Positions 19,752-30,986 are shown, numbered from the stretch's first letter. The stretch is DNA of 64,000 nt from Bacteroidota bacterium (GCA_947449315.1 CANFRC010000009.1:71157-135156); one strand, 5' to 3'. Numbers and translations are program-made. Notes: a model not told the origin generated them from the letters alone.

Positions 19752-22034
19752 ATGTTACTAACCACACGCATAAAGAGGTCTTTCAGAAAGCATCCTACTT
19801 TCCGAAAACTCATTTATTCTTTTCCGTTTAGGTTAGTCTTACTCGATATTAAAAAAAACCTTCTGTTAGTTGTATTTTGGTTTTTATTTTTTGGAATTAT
19901 TACCAATAGTGTTGCTTCACGATACGGTGTTGCCTACCTTTTTCTTGGACCTGAATATTTTGACAAAATAAGTTTTCTCTCTTATTTCATTCTGGGTTTT
20001 TCTTGTGGTGGATTTATTATGGCATACAATATTGCCAGCTATATAAAAAATGCATTTCGATTCCCCTTTTTAGCAACCTTAAGAAACCCTTTTCTTAAAT
20101 ATTGTTTAAATAATTTTTTCTTCCCCCTGTTGTTTATTACACTCTATTGTTTTCTTGTTTTTTCTTTCCTCAAAGGAGAAGATATCATGTCAACATATAA
20201 GATTTTTCTAATGATCGTAGGCTTTTTGAGCGGAGTTGCTTTTTTTCTGTTTGTATCATTCACCTATTTCTTTAAAGCAAACAAAGACATTTACAAGCTT
20301 TATGGCATCCAGCATCAAAATGAGATGACACAAAATGTAAAAACGAAAGTAATGCAGGGTGAGCGAAACCCAAGACTTATTAAAGAGTCTCGCGACTGGT
20401 ATGTGGAAACCTATTTTAGTAATTTCACAAAAATAAGACTTGTCCGTTCTGTTCAGCATTACAAAAAAGAAATGCTCAAAGATGTCCTCAGACAAAATCA
20501 TCATTCAGCATTCATTTTTCAAATCATAACGATCATAAGCTTATTAGGATTAGGATTATTAAGCAAAATTAAAATACTGGAAATCCCTGCAGGAGCAAGT
20601 GTATTTCTGTTATTTACTACATTTATCATGCTCTTTAGCTCTTTTTACAGATGGTTCAGAGGTTGGTCAACAATCGTATTCATTCTCTTTTTACTTTCAT
20701 TCAATTACCTTCATAAAATTCAATTTCTTCATTCAGAAAATTATGCATATGGTCTAAATTACGACATAAAAAAAGCTGAATACAGCTATGATAATTTGAA
20801 GGTCATGGACAAGCAATACAGCAACCTGAAGAAAGACATTGATGAAACGCTGCAAATATTAAACAAATGGAAAGCAAAAAATACAAGCTCCATCGACCCG
20901 AATAAAAAACCTAAAATTATTTTTATTAATGTCAGTGGTGGTGGCTTACGTTCGTCTTTATGGACACTTTCTACCTTGCAGTATGTTGATAGTTTATTAG
21001 AGGGTAAGCTGCTAAGTCAAACTCAACTTATATCCGGATCATCTGGCGGAATGGTTGGTGCAGCCTATTTAAGGGAACTTTATCTTGAAAAACAAAAACA
21101 TAAAATAAGTAGTTACTATGGAGAGGAATTTCAAACTAACATTTCAAAAGATATATTAAACCCAATTGCTTTTAAGGTTGCAACAAGTGAATGGCTATTT
21201 CCAATGCAAAATTTTGTGATTGATAATCAGCGTTATTCGGAGGATAGAGGGTCAGCATTTGAACATAAATTACAAGAAAACACTCACCATGTTTTCGATA
21301 AACGTCTCGATGATTATAAATTATCAGAAGCGAATTCTGATATTCCTATGATGGTATTTTCTCCTTCTATTGTAAATGATGGACGAAAAATGTTGATCTC
21401 TCCACAAGGTATTTCCTATCTCAGCATGAATGCGATAATGGACAAGACACAATACAATAAGCTATTTGATGCAATTGAATATTCCCGTTTTTTTGAAGAG
21501 CAAGGAGCCAAAAACACACTATTCACAAGTGTTTTAAGAATGAGTGCAACTTTCCCCTATATTTCACCTATCGTATCATTACCTAGCGAACCACGGATTG
21601 AAATTATGGATGCTGGCTTGCGTGATAATTACGGATTAGAAACAAGTTTACGTTTTATTAAAGCATTTAATGATTGGATCGCACAGAACACAAGTGGTAT
21701 TATTATTATCCAAATGCGAGACAAACATAAAAACATCCCTATTGACGAAAACCCTACACAAACACTAGGACAAGCTTTAACACGTCCAATGGGAAGTTTT
21801 TACGGACATCTTTTTGAAGTACAAGACTATAATCAGAATCAACAGATTCAAATGGCGGATCTTTGGTGTAAAAGCCAGATTGATATTATTGATTTAGAAC
21901 TCCGAAATGAATTGAACGATCGAATTTCGCTGAGCTGGCATCTGACCAATAAAGAGAAAAAGAAAGTACTTGCTTCCCTAAAATTACCTACGAATCAGGA
22001 AGAAATTAAACGATTAGTAAAACTTCTAAACTAA
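19752..22034 (+). CDS. patatin-like phospholipase fused to an N-terminal polytopic membrane domain
   Basis: Patatin motifs INVSGGGLRSS (oxyanion GGGxR), GSSGGMVGAAY (GxSxG) and DAGLRDNYG (catalytic Asp) in the C-terminal half. The N-terminal ~330 aa contain about 7 hydrophobic helices. Confidence 0.7.
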   Translation: MLLTTRIKRSFRKHPTFRKLIYSFPFRLVLLDIKKNLLLVVFWFLFFGIITNSVASRYGVAYLFLGPEYFDKISFLSYFILGFSCGGFIMAYNIASYIKNAFRFPFLATLRNPFLKYCLNNFFFPLLFITLYCFLVFSFLKGEDIMSTYKIFLMIVGFLSGVAFFLFVSFTYFFKANKDIYKLYGIQHQNEMTQNVKTKVMQGERNPRLIKESRDWYVETYFSNFTKIRLVRSVQHYKKEMLKDVLRQNHHSAFIFQIITIISLLGLGLLSKIKILEIPAGASVFLLFTTFIMLFSSFYRWFRGWSTIVFILFLLSFNYLHKIQFLHSENYAYGLNYDIKKAEYSYDNLKVMDKQYSNLKKDIDETLQILNKWKAKNTSSIDPNKKPKIIFINVSGGGLRSSLWTLSTLQYVDSLLEGKLLSQTQLISGSSGGMVGAAYLRELYLEKQKHKISSYYGEEFQTNISKDILNPIAFKVATSEWLFPMQNFVIDNQRYSEDRGSAFEHKLQENTHHVFDKRLDDYKLSEANSDIPMMVFSPSIVNDGRKMLISPQGISYLSMNAIMDKTQYNKLFDAIEYSRFFEEQGAKNTLFTSVLRMSATFPYISPIVSLPSEPRIEIMDAGLRDNYGLETSLRFIKAFNDWIAQNTSGIIIIQMRDKHKNIPIDENPTQTLGQALTRPMGSFYGHLFEVQDYNQNQQIQMADLWCKSQIDIIDLELRNELNDRISLSWHLTNKEKKKVLASLKLPTNQEEIKRLVKLLN

Positions 22035-22036
22035 AA

Positions 22037-22069
22037 AACGTCCTGTTCTTTAAAAGAGCAGGACGTTTT
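22037..22069. terminator. bidirectional Rho-independent terminator between convergent transcription units
   Basis: acgtcctgttcttt-aa-aagagcaggacgt hairpin (14-bp stem, one mismatch) flanked by an A-run and a T-run. Confidence 0.5.
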
Positions 22070-22085
22070 CAAATTTCGTAACCGT

Positions 22086-22277
22086 TTAGTTTAAAACCAT
22101 TTCAAAATGTTCTCCGCTTTTTGATTTTCGGATCGATAGCGCTTTTGAATAGTTCAGAATGTTATGGATAACATTATTTCCCGGTTCATAAGGAAACTCT
22201 TTTGTGTTATCATTTTTCTCATTCATTTCTGTTCTAACGGGTTCAATAATTTTTTTTGTAGTAAAGATTTTATTCAT
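22086..22277 (-). CDS. small hypothetical protein (63 aa)
   Basis: ORF only. It lies between two terminator hairpins downstream of the ECF sigma factor gene. No motif and no TM segment, so it is unlikely to be a canonical anti-sigma factor. Confidence 0.25.
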   Translation of the reverse strand: MNKIFTTKKIIEPVRTEMNEKNDNTKEFPYEPGNNVIHNILNYSKALSIRKSKSGEHFEMVLN

Positions 22278-22342
22278 GCAATATTTGTTTAGTTTATATA
22301 CAGATAACGAAAGTTATTTTTGTTTATTGTATAGGGCATAAA

Positions 22343-22377
22343 AAAAGCTGTTCCTCGAATAAAGAACAGCTTTTTCA
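22343..22377 (-). terminator. terminator hairpin downstream of the ECF sigma factor gene
   Basis: gctgttc-ctcgaataaa-gaacagc stem flanked by A and T runs. Confidence 0.4.
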
Positions 22378-22392
22378 CAAAAAAACCAATAA

Positions 22393-22995
22393 TTAATAAC
22401 TAACAACAATCTCTTTTTCTTCAATCATCTTACGTAAATTTATTAATGCATATCGCATACGCCCCAAAGCAGTATTAATGCTCACATTTGTTTGTTCAGA
22501 AATTTCTTTAAAACTCATATCGAAATAATGACGCATCATTAATACTTCGCGTTGCTCCGCAGGAAGACATTCAACCAGTTTACGAATATCCTTCCGAACC
22601 TGAGCTTGTATCATCTCTTGCTCAATCGTTTTATCATACGTACCTAGCACACTAAAAATATCAAATTCTTCACCATCTCCATTGGTGCCACCACTTATTG
22701 TTGGCATCCTTTTGTCTTTGCGAAAAGTATCGATAATGAGATTGTGCGAAATCCGCAATACCCAAGGTAAAAACTTACCTTCTTCATTATAATGACCTTT
22801 TTTAAGGGTATTAATTACTTTAATAAAGGTGTCTTGAAAAACGTCTTCAGCCAATGCTCTGTCTTTTACAGTAAGCATAATGTAGCTAAAAATTCTACGT
22901 TTGTGGCGTGTTATTAAAGAAACGAGAGCTGATTCATCACCCTTGATGTAAAGATTAACGAGTTCTTGGTCGTCAACAATCTGTTGAATAGGCAT
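22393..22995 (-). CDS. RNA polymerase ECF-type sigma-70 factor (sigma-24 family)
   Basis: Region 2 (…DVFQDTFIKV…) and region 4 HTH (…SFKEISEQTNVSINTALGRMRYALINLR…). Confidence 0.85.
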   Translation of the reverse strand: MPIQQIVDDQELVNLYIKGDESALVSLITRHKRRIFSYIMLTVKDRALAEDVFQDTFIKVINTLKKGHYNEEGKFLPWVLRISHNLIIDTFRKDKRMPTISGGTNGDGEEFDIFSVLGTYDKTIEQEMIQAQVRKDIRKLVECLPAEQREVLMMRHYFDMSFKEISEQTNVSINTALGRMRYALINLRKMIEEKEIVVSY

Positions 22996-23411
22996 AGGTA
23001 CCTCCTTTTTTAGTTAAATAAAAAATTAAAAAAGTAGATGTTTCCCTATATCTGTTCTCCTTTGTTTGATGGACTTTTAATAATTTATGTTAAAAGTCCT
23101 GGGTGAATACTAAAATTGAATTTGTTTGGTTTAACGCAGAAATACTTTAATTGTTGCATTTAACAAATAAAATATTCATTTTGTTAAAACAAATATAGTC
23201 TTTTTAACTAAAAATCCAAAGCTAAATTGACTAATTTTGAAGACTTACTAAAAATGGAATAAACATAATCCGTTTTTTTAGCTGAAAAACGATCTATTTT
23301 AATGTGAATTCAGGTAGGTCCAAAATAATAACGAATACATAAAAACACTTTGCGCACCTGTTCAGCCGATATGTAAGCATACGACTAAGCTGCAAAAATT
23401 TCAAAAAAAAT

Positions 23412-26276
23412 ATGGCTAAGGCTAAGCATATAGAAGATCTTGATTCAAAAGAATTCATTATTATTAAAGGGGCACGCGTTCATAATTTAAAAAACATTGA
23501 CGTTGCAATTCCGCGCAACAAATTGGTTGTAATTACTGGCTTATCAGGATCTGGCAAATCTTCTTTGGCTTTTGATACGCTTTATGCAGAAGGACAAAGA
23601 CGGTACGTGGAAAGTCTTTCTTCATATGCAAGACAATTTTTAGGAAGGATTGATAAACCGGAAGTTGATTACATTAAGGGGATTTCACCGGCCATTGCCA
23701 TTGAACAAAAAGTTAATTCACGTAACCCCCGCTCTACCATTGGAACATCAACAGAAATATATGATTATCTAAAGTTATTATTTGCCAGAATCGGTAATAC
23801 TTTTTCGCCAATTTCCGGAAATCAAGTAAAGCGTGATACCGTTTCGGATGTTGTGGCATACATTCATTCACTTTCACCTGAAACAAAATTTTATGTTCTA
23901 TCTCCTCTAAAAAAACAGGCCGATAAAACAATAAAAAAACAGCTAGAGTTATTATCTCAACAAGGTTTTACCCGCATCCAGCAAAATGGAAAAGTTCAAA
24001 AGATTGAGGATTTTATCAATGCAAAATTTTCAGAAAAAGAACAAATTTATATTGTGGTGGATCGTTTAACTGTTCGTCCTGAAGATGAAGATAACGAAAA
24101 CCGCATTTCTGATTCTGTTCAAACAGCATTTTATGAAGGCGAAGGCGAATGTTCAATAGAAATTTTAGATGCTCCTGAACCCGAGTCAAAAACAAAAAAT
24201 AAAAAAACAAAAACAGGAATGCGATCTTTTTCCAATAAATTTGAATTGGACGAGATGGTTTTCGAAGAACCAAGCACACATTTTTTTAGCTTTAATAATC
24301 CTATTGGTGCTTGCAAACACTGTGAAGGATTTGGTAGTGTGATCGGTATAGACGAAGATCTTGTTATACCGAATAAAAATATATCGGTCTATGAAGATGC
24401 GATAGTGTGCTGGAAAGGTGACAAAATGAGTGAGTGGAAAAAAGTGTTAGTGAATAATTCTCATAAATTTGATTTTCCTATTCATCGCCCATATTACGAT
24501 CTGACTGCAAAAGAAAAAAAACTAATTTGGAGTGGAAATAAGTATTTTCAGGGGCTTACTGATTTTTTCAAGCATCTGGAAGAACAAGCCTATAAGATCC
24601 AGTACCGTGTCATGTTATCACGGTACCGAGGAAAAACAACTTGCCCAGAATGTAATGGAACTCGTCTTCGCAAAGATGCAAGCTATGTGAAAATAGCAGA
24701 CATGTCCATCACAGATATCGTTTTGATGCCGGTAAAAAATTCATTGTATTTTTTCAAAAACATTAAACTATCTAAATATGATACAGCAGTAGCTAAACGG
24801 ATTTTAGTTGAAATAACAAATCGCCTGCAGTTTCTGGATGATGTTGGATTAGGCTACCTCACATTGAACCGATTGTCAAACTCTTTATCAGGAGGTGAAT
24901 CGCAACGAATCAATTTAGCAACATCGCTAGGAAGTAGTCTTGTAGGATCCATGTATATTCTTGATGAACCAAGTATAGGTCTGCATTCAAGGGATACTAG
25001 CCGATTGATAAAAGTTCTAAATTCATTGCGCGATATTGGAAATACAGTAATTGTTGTTGAGCATGACGAAGAGATCATGCGCGCTGCTGACCAACTAATT
25101 GACATCGGTCCATTAGCAGGAACACATGGAGGGGAACTTGTTTTTCAGGGAACTCATAAAGATTTAGCAACTGAAAAAAGAAGTTTGACTGCATTCTATT
25201 TAACCGGAAAAGAAAAGATAGAAGTTCCTTCATCCAGAAGAAATTGGAATCAGTATATTGAACTTATCGGTGTCAGAGAAAATAATCTAAAAGGAGTAAA
25301 TGTAAAATTTCCGCTCAATGTAATGACAGTTATTACTGGTGTTAGTGGGTCTGGTAAAACCTCATTAGTTAAACGCGTTTTATATCCTGCATTAAAAAAA
25401 ATCCATGGAGGTTTCGGAGAACAAACAGGAAGTTTCGATAAATTAGGTGGCGACTTTAAAAATATTTCTGCCATAGAGATGATCGATCAAAACCCTATTG
25501 GTAAGTCATCTCGTTCGAATCCGGTCACCTATGTGAAAGCATATGATGAGATACGTGCCTTATACGCAGATCAACTATTAGCCAAAAACAGAGGTTACAA
25601 ACCTTCTCACTTTTCATTTAATGTTGATGGTGGAAGATGCGAAGTTTGTGAAGGAGAAGGAGAAGTGACCGTTGAAATGCAGTTTATGGCAGACATCCAC
25701 CTTGTCTGCGAAGCATGTAATGGCAAACGTTTTAAACAAGACATTCTTGACATCACGTACAATGAGAAAAACATTTCTGACATTTTGAATATGACTGTTG
25801 ATGACGCAATCAACTTTTTCGATTCAGCGTTGCGGCCAACGAATACTGAAAAGAAGATTGTTCAAAAATTAAAACCTTTATCTGATGTAGGACTGGGATA
25901 CGTTCATTTAGGACAACCATCCAGCACACTGAGCGGTGGAGAAGCGCAACGGATTAAACTTGCATCCTTTTTGGGTATTGGTCAAAATAGCACTACGCCT
26001 ACTCTATTTATTTTTGATGAGCCTACAACCGGCTTACATTTTCATGATATCTCAAAATTATTATACGCTTTCAATGCACTCTTAAAGCAAGGGCATTCAT
26101 TAATCATCATTGAACACAATGCAGAAATAATTAAGTGTGCTGATTGGATCATTGACCTTGGTCCTGAAGGAGGAACAGATGGAGGAAACCTTGTTTTTGA
26201 AGGAGTGCCTGAAGATCTTGTTAAATGCAAAGGATCCTATACAGGTCAATATTTAAAAGACAAATTAAACAATTAG
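23412..26276 (+). CDS. uvrA: excinuclease ABC subunit A
   Basis: Two ABC ATPase modules (GLSGSGKSSLAFDT…; GVSGSGKTSLV…), zinc fingers (CKHCEGFG; CEVCEGEGE), LSGGE signatures. 954 aa. Confidence 0.95.
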   Translation: MAKAKHIEDLDSKEFIIIKGARVHNLKNIDVAIPRNKLVVITGLSGSGKSSLAFDTLYAEGQRRYVESLSSYARQFLGRIDKPEVDYIKGISPAIAIEQKVNSRNPRSTIGTSTEIYDYLKLLFARIGNTFSPISGNQVKRDTVSDVVAYIHSLSPETKFYVLSPLKKQADKTIKKQLELLSQQGFTRIQQNGKVQKIEDFINAKFSEKEQIYIVVDRLTVRPEDEDNENRISDSVQTAFYEGEGECSIEILDAPEPESKTKNKKTKTGMRSFSNKFELDEMVFEEPSTHFFSFNNPIGACKHCEGFGSVIGIDEDLVIPNKNISVYEDAIVCWKGDKMSEWKKVLVNNSHKFDFPIHRPYYDLTAKEKKLIWSGNKYFQGLTDFFKHLEEQAYKIQYRVMLSRYRGKTTCPECNGTRLRKDASYVKIADMSITDIVLMPVKNSLYFFKNIKLSKYDTAVAKRILVEITNRLQFLDDVGLGYLTLNRLSNSLSGGESQRINLATSLGSSLVGSMYILDEPSIGLHSRDTSRLIKVLNSLRDIGNTVIVVEHDEEIMRAADQLIDIGPLAGTHGGELVFQGTHKDLATEKRSLTAFYLTGKEKIEVPSSRRNWNQYIELIGVRENNLKGVNVKFPLNVMTVITGVSGSGKTSLVKRVLYPALKKIHGGFGEQTGSFDKLGGDFKNISAIEMIDQNPIGKSSRSNPVTYVKAYDEIRALYADQLLAKNRGYKPSHFSFNVDGGRCEVCEGEGEVTVEMQFMADIHLVCEACNGKRFKQDILDITYNEKNISDILNMTVDDAINFFDSALRPTNTEKKIVQKLKPLSDVGLGYVHLGQPSSTLSGGEAQRIKLASFLGIGQNSTTPTLFIFDEPTTGLHFHDISKLLYAFNALLKQGHSLIIIEHNAEIIKCADWIIDLGPEGGTDGGNLVFEGVPEDLVKCKGSYTGQYLKDKLNN

Positions 26277-28048
26277 ACAACTATTTCGTCCTTAAATTGA
26301 AGCTCAAACAGTTTCTTATATTGTCCATTCTTTTTTAATAACTCCTGGTGATTTCCCATTTCAAGGATCTCACCATTGTCCATCACAATAATTTTGTCTG
26401 CTTTCTGAATAGTTGCCAAACGATGCGCAATCACAATAGATGTGCGACCTTTTGTAAGAATATCTATAGCATTCTGGATTAGTTTTTCAGATTCTGTATC
26501 AATAGAAGATGTTGCTTCATCTAATACCAAGACTTTAGGATCGTAAACATAGGCGCGTATGAATGATATCAATTGTCGCTGCCCTACTGAAAGCATACCA
26601 CCTCGCTCCATAACATTATAATCATACGTATTTGGCAACTTACTAATGAATTCATGAGCACCAACCATCTTTGAAGCTTCAATTATCTTCTCACGACTAA
26701 TACTCGAATTATTCAACGAAATATTATTTGCAATTGTATCCGAAAACAAAAACACATCTTGTAATACGACTCCAATATTTCTTCGTAAGGATGTCAATTC
26801 GTATTCACGAATATTGACACCATCGATACGAATTGAACCACTGTTGTATTCGTAAAAACGGTTCAACAAATTTATGATAGACGATTTACCAGCACCAGTG
26901 GCACCAACCAAAGCAACGGTATCCCCTTTCTTAACAGAAAATGAAATGTTTTTTAAAACAAAATCATTGTTATTGTATGCAAACCAAATATCTTTAAGTT
27001 CAACCTCTCCGCTAATACCGCTTGCTTCTTTAGTTCCATTATTTTCAATAATCTCGTCTGTATCAAGCACTTTAAAAACCCGCTCTGACGAAACCATTCC
27101 CATTTGAAGCGTATTAAATTTATCTGCTAACTGTCGGATAGGGCGAAACAATAAATTCAAAAACATAATAAATTCTACCAGCTGACCCATAGTAGCTGTA
27201 GCATTCAAAATACCTCTTCCACCCCACCAAACCAATAAACCAATAGAAACAGAGGATAATATTTCGACAATCGGAAAAAAGATGGAATAAGCCATAATAG
27301 ATCTAATATTTGCATCGCGATGTTTTGCGTTAATCTTTTCAAATTTTTCTGATTCTGCCTTTTCACGATTAAATATTTGTACAATATTCATTCCTGTGAT
27401 ATGTTCCTGAACAAACGCGTTTAGTCGGGCGACTTGCGTTCTTACATCTTGAAAAGAAGACTGGACAGCCTTTTTAAAAATGTAAGTAGCAATAAGTAAA
27501 AATGGGATTGGAACAAGTACGATCAAGGTTAATTTAAAATTTATAAATATCATCACCACAAGAATCACAATAACTTTTAAAAGATCACCAATAATGGAGA
27601 TCAAACCATCTGAAAACATATCTGCAAGAACCTCAATATCAGAAACGGAACGCGTTACCAATGTCCCTATAGGAGTGTTATCATAATATTTTAGACGTAA
27701 GCGAATCACATGTTTATAAAGAACGGAACGGATATCTTTAATAATATTTTGAGCAATTTTATTTGTTAAAAATGAATCGGCAAATTGTGTGAACGATTCT
27801 AAAATCAAAAGAAGAATAAGAATTTCTGTAGAAAACAAGAGCATATGAGCATCTGGTTTGGCAATATAATGATCAAATGTATATTGAATTAACACAGGTC
27901 GAACAGGAGATAAAAATGCAAGAGTGATGGTAGTAAAAACAGCAAACAAAAAAGTTTTTTTATACGGTTTTACATACTGAAATATTCTTTTCAGGATAAC
28001 AAGATCTAACGCCTTACCAATAACAGATTTTTTCTTTTCTTTAGACAT
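26273..28048 (-). CDS. ABC transporter ATP-binding protein/permease (MsbA-like lipid exporter family)
   Basis: N-terminal 6-TM domain plus C-terminal NBD (GATGAGKSSIINLL…LSVGQRQLISFIRA…LVLDEATSSID…). Overlaps truA by 8 nt, consistent with an operon. Confidence 0.85.
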   Translation of the reverse strand: MSKEKKKSVIGKALDLVILKRIFQYVKPYKKTFLFAVFTTITLAFLSPVRPVLIQYTFDHYIAKPDAHMLLFSTEILILLLILESFTQFADSFLTNKIAQNIIKDIRSVLYKHVIRLRLKYYDNTPIGTLVTRSVSDIEVLADMFSDGLISIIGDLLKVIVILVVMIFINFKLTLIVLVPIPFLLIATYIFKKAVQSSFQDVRTQVARLNAFVQEHITGMNIVQIFNREKAESEKFEKINAKHRDANIRSIMAYSIFFPIVEILSSVSIGLLVWWGGRGILNATATMGQLVEFIMFLNLLFRPIRQLADKFNTLQMGMVSSERVFKVLDTDEIIENNGTKEASGISGEVELKDIWFAYNNNDFVLKNISFSVKKGDTVALVGATGAGKSSIINLLNRFYEYNSGSIRIDGVNIREYELTSLRRNIGVVLQDVFLFSDTIANNISLNNSSISREKIIEASKMVGAHEFISKLPNTYDYNVMERGGMLSVGQRQLISFIRAYVYDPKVLVLDEATSSIDTESEKLIQNAIDILTKGRTSIVIAHRLATIQKADKIIVMDNGEILEMGNHQELLKKNGQYKKLFELQFKDEIVV

Positions 28049-28805
28049 GAAAATAATTTTCAGGGTAGTCTACCTTTATTAAATATAATCCGCAAGCATG
28101 TGCCGACAAGCCTGCATTAGATCTCGTTTTACTTTCTATTATCTCTTTAAATTTTTCAATGCTGATTTTTCCTTTCCCAACTTCTACTATAGTTCCTACA
28201 ATAGCTCTGACCATATTTCTCAAAAAGCGATCGGCCGAAATTGTAAAAACCAACAAACCATTTTCTTCTTTCCACTCCGCGATATATAATTTACAATTAT
28301 TCGTACCTGTTTGAGTGTTACTTTTTGCAAAAGAAGAAAAATCTATATAATCAAACAGCACTTTTGCTGCTTTGTTCATTTCATCCATATTTAAATCGCC
28401 ATAAATAAAACAAGCGTTATTAACGCGAAATGGATCTTTGGTCCTATTTATAACATATTGGTAAGTGCGTGCAACAGCATCAAACCTTGCATTCGCATTT
28501 TCTTTTACTTTAAGAATCTTTTGAATCGCAATATCTGGAGGCAAGGCGTTATTAAATTTAAAAATCCATCGAGCCTCATCCGCAAGTAAATCTACAGAAG
28601 TATCAAAATGAGCATAATAATGGGACGCGTGAACTCCTGTATCGGTTCTGCCACATCCCATAACAGAAACAGACTCATTCAATAATTTGGAAAGCATTTC
28701 ATTGATAACATGCTGAACAGTTAAAAACGTATTCGCCTGAACCTGCCAACCATGGTAGGCCGTTCCATTGTATGAAAGTTGAATAAAATAACGTTTCATT
28801 CGCAT
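28041..28805 (-). CDS. truA: tRNA pseudouridine(38-40) synthase
   Basis: RYFIQLSYNGTAYHGWQVQ…GCGRTDTGVHA catalytic Asp motif. Confidence 0.85.
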   Translation of the reverse strand: MRMKRYFIQLSYNGTAYHGWQVQANTFLTVQHVINEMLSKLLNESVSVMGCGRTDTGVHASHYYAHFDTSVDLLADEARWIFKFNNALPPDIAIQKILKVKENANARFDAVARTYQYVINRTKDPFRVNNACFIYGDLNMDEMNKAAKVLFDYIDFSSFAKSNTQTGTNNCKLYIAEWKEENGLLVFTISADRFLRNMVRAIVGTIVEVGKGKISIEKFKEIIESKTRSNAGLSAHACGLYLIKVDYPENYFHV

Positions 28806-29018
28806 GCTTAAATCGTAGTCGTTCTAATTAATTAATAAAATGGCACATGTACCAAATAATGGTGGACAAATGTAAGTAAATTAATACTTAAAATTAGATA
28901 GACTTCCGAGCAACCTTTAACAATTTTTAACAGCCTAAATCAGCTATTACAATGGCTTTGTATTAATTTTGCAACACTCAAAAATGCTAACTAGCGTACT
29001 CTTAAAAAAACCAAACAA

Positions 29019-30005
29019 ATGACGGACATTCAAGAATTAAACGAGCGTATTCAGCGCGAAAGCGCCTTTGTAGACTTGCTAACCATGGAAATGGACAAAG
29101 TAATTGTTGGACAAAAATACATGGTAGAACGACTTCTAATAGGTCTTTTATCAAATGGGCACATACTTCTGGAAGGAGTTCCCGGATTGGCAAAAACATT
29201 AGCTATCAAATCATTAGCAAATACTATTCATGCTAATTTCAGCCGTATTCAATTTACACCTGATCTTTTGCCTGCCGATTTGATCGGAACAATGATCTAT
29301 AGTCAGAAAAAAGAAGAATTTACAGTCAAACATGGTCCTATCTTCGCTAATTTTATTTTAGCCGATGAGATCAATCGTGCCCCTGCAAAGGTTCAAAGTG
29401 CGCTGCTTGAAGCAATGCAAGAGAAACAAGTAACTATTGGTGAACAAACATTTAAATTACCAAACCCGTTTTTAGTTCTAGCTACACAAAATCCAATAGA
29501 ACAAGAAGGAACTTATCCATTGCCTGAAGCACAAGTTGACCGTTTTATGCTGAAGTTGGTAATCGGATATCCAACGAAGGAAGATGAACGTAAAATCATT
29601 CGTCAGAATTTAGCAAGTGAATATCCTACTGTAAATCCAATCTTAAAAACAGAAGATATTTTAAATGCAAGAAAAGTGGTGAAAGAGGTATACATGGATG
29701 AAAAAATTGAGAAATACATAGTAGATATTGTTTTTGCAACCCGTTATCCTTCTGAATATAAATTAGACAAATTTGCGGGTCTTATAAGTTTTGGAGGCTC
29801 ACCACGTGCAAGTATCAATTTAGCAATGGCTGCAAAAGCATATGCTTTTATTAAAAGAAGAGGATATGTTATTCCGGAGGATGTAAGAGCCATCTGTACG
29901 GATGTGTTGCGTCATCGTATTGGATTAACCTACGAAGCAGAGGCTGAAAATATCACCACTGAAATGATTATCAATGAAATATTAAACACTGTTGAAGTTC
30001 CTTAA
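29019..30005 (+). CDS. moxR: MoxR-family AAA+ ATPase
   Basis: Walker A (GVPGLAKT), Walker B (ILADEINRAP). 328 aa. First gene of a Bat-type operon. Confidence 0.85.
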   Translation: MTDIQELNERIQRESAFVDLLTMEMDKVIVGQKYMVERLLIGLLSNGHILLEGVPGLAKTLAIKSLANTIHANFSRIQFTPDLLPADLIGTMIYSQKKEEFTVKHGPIFANFILADEINRAPAKVQSALLEAMQEKQVTIGEQTFKLPNPFLVLATQNPIEQEGTYPLPEAQVDRFMLKLVIGYPTKEDERKIIRQNLASEYPTVNPILKTEDILNARKVVKEVYMDEKIEKYIVDIVFATRYPSEYKLDKFAGLISFGGSPRASINLAMAAKAYAFIKRRGYVIPEDVRAICTDVLRHRIGLTYEAEAENITTEMIINEILNTVEVP

Positions 30006-30099
30006 TAATTTAAAAATCAGGAAGGAAATTTATTTGAACTATAAAACAAATATGTTAACAATACCTTATTTTAAAATAGCCGAATCTTCAAATTGAATA

Positions 30100-30963
30100 A
30101 TGGAAACAAGTGAGCTTTTAAAGAAAGTCAGGAAAATTGAAATTAAAACACGTGGACTCTCTAACCAGGTTTTTTCTGGAGAATACCATAGTGCTTTTAA
30201 GGGACGAGGTATGACCTTTAGTGAAGTTCGGGAGTACCAACCGGGAGACGATATTCGCTCTATCGATTGGAATGTTACAGCAAGATTCAACACCCCCTTT
30301 GTAAAAGTTTTTGAAGAAGAGCGTGAGATGACAGTTATGATTTTAGTTGACGTAAGTGCCTCTGGAGAATTCGGAACACAGAAACAACTAAAACAGGATG
30401 TCATTACAGAACTTTGCGCAGTGCTATCCTTCTCCTCCATTCAAAATAATGACAAAATCGGAGTCATCTTCTTTAGTGATAAAATTGAAAAATTTATTCC
30501 ACCAAAAAAAGGGAAAAGCCATGTTCTAAGAATCATTCGAGATTTGATTGAATTTAAACCTGAACATAAAAAAACAAACATTCAGCTCGCTTTAAAATAC
30601 CTAACGAGTGTCATAAAAAAAAGAAGCATAGCTTTTGTGATCTCTGATTTTATGGATGAAAATTTTACAGATGCATTAAAGATCGCAAATAAAAAACATG
30701 ATTTGATAGCCCTACGCATTTTTGATAAACGCGAACAAGAATTACCTGATGTTGGGCTAATAAAACTGATTGATGCTGAAACAGGTATTCAAAAATGGGT
30801 GGACACTTCGGATAAAAATGTAAGACTAAGTTATTTGGCAAATGCTAAAAAACGTGAAGCCTATTTAAAAGACGTTTTTAACAAAAGTGGTGTAGATACT
30901 GCTAACATTAACACAGCAGATTCATACATCCTTCCTTTGACCAACTTATTTAAAAGAAGATAA
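30100..30963 (+). CDS. DUF58 domain protein (vWA-like, MoxR partner)
   Basis: FSGEYHSAFKGRGMTFSEVREYQPGDDIRSIDWNVTAR is the conserved DUF58 signature. It is adjacent to moxR. Confidence 0.75.
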   Translation: METSELLKKVRKIEIKTRGLSNQVFSGEYHSAFKGRGMTFSEVREYQPGDDIRSIDWNVTARFNTPFVKVFEEEREMTVMILVDVSASGEFGTQKQLKQDVITELCAVLSFSSIQNNDKIGVIFFSDKIEKFIPPKKGKSHVLRIIRDLIEFKPEHKKTNIQLALKYLTSVIKKRSIAFVISDFMDENFTDALKIANKKHDLIALRIFDKREQELPDVGLIKLIDAETGIQKWVDTSDKNVRLSYLANAKKREAYLKDVFNKSGVDTANINTADSYILPLTNLFKRR

Positions 30964-30986
30964 TAATTATTTAAAGATTCCGATCG

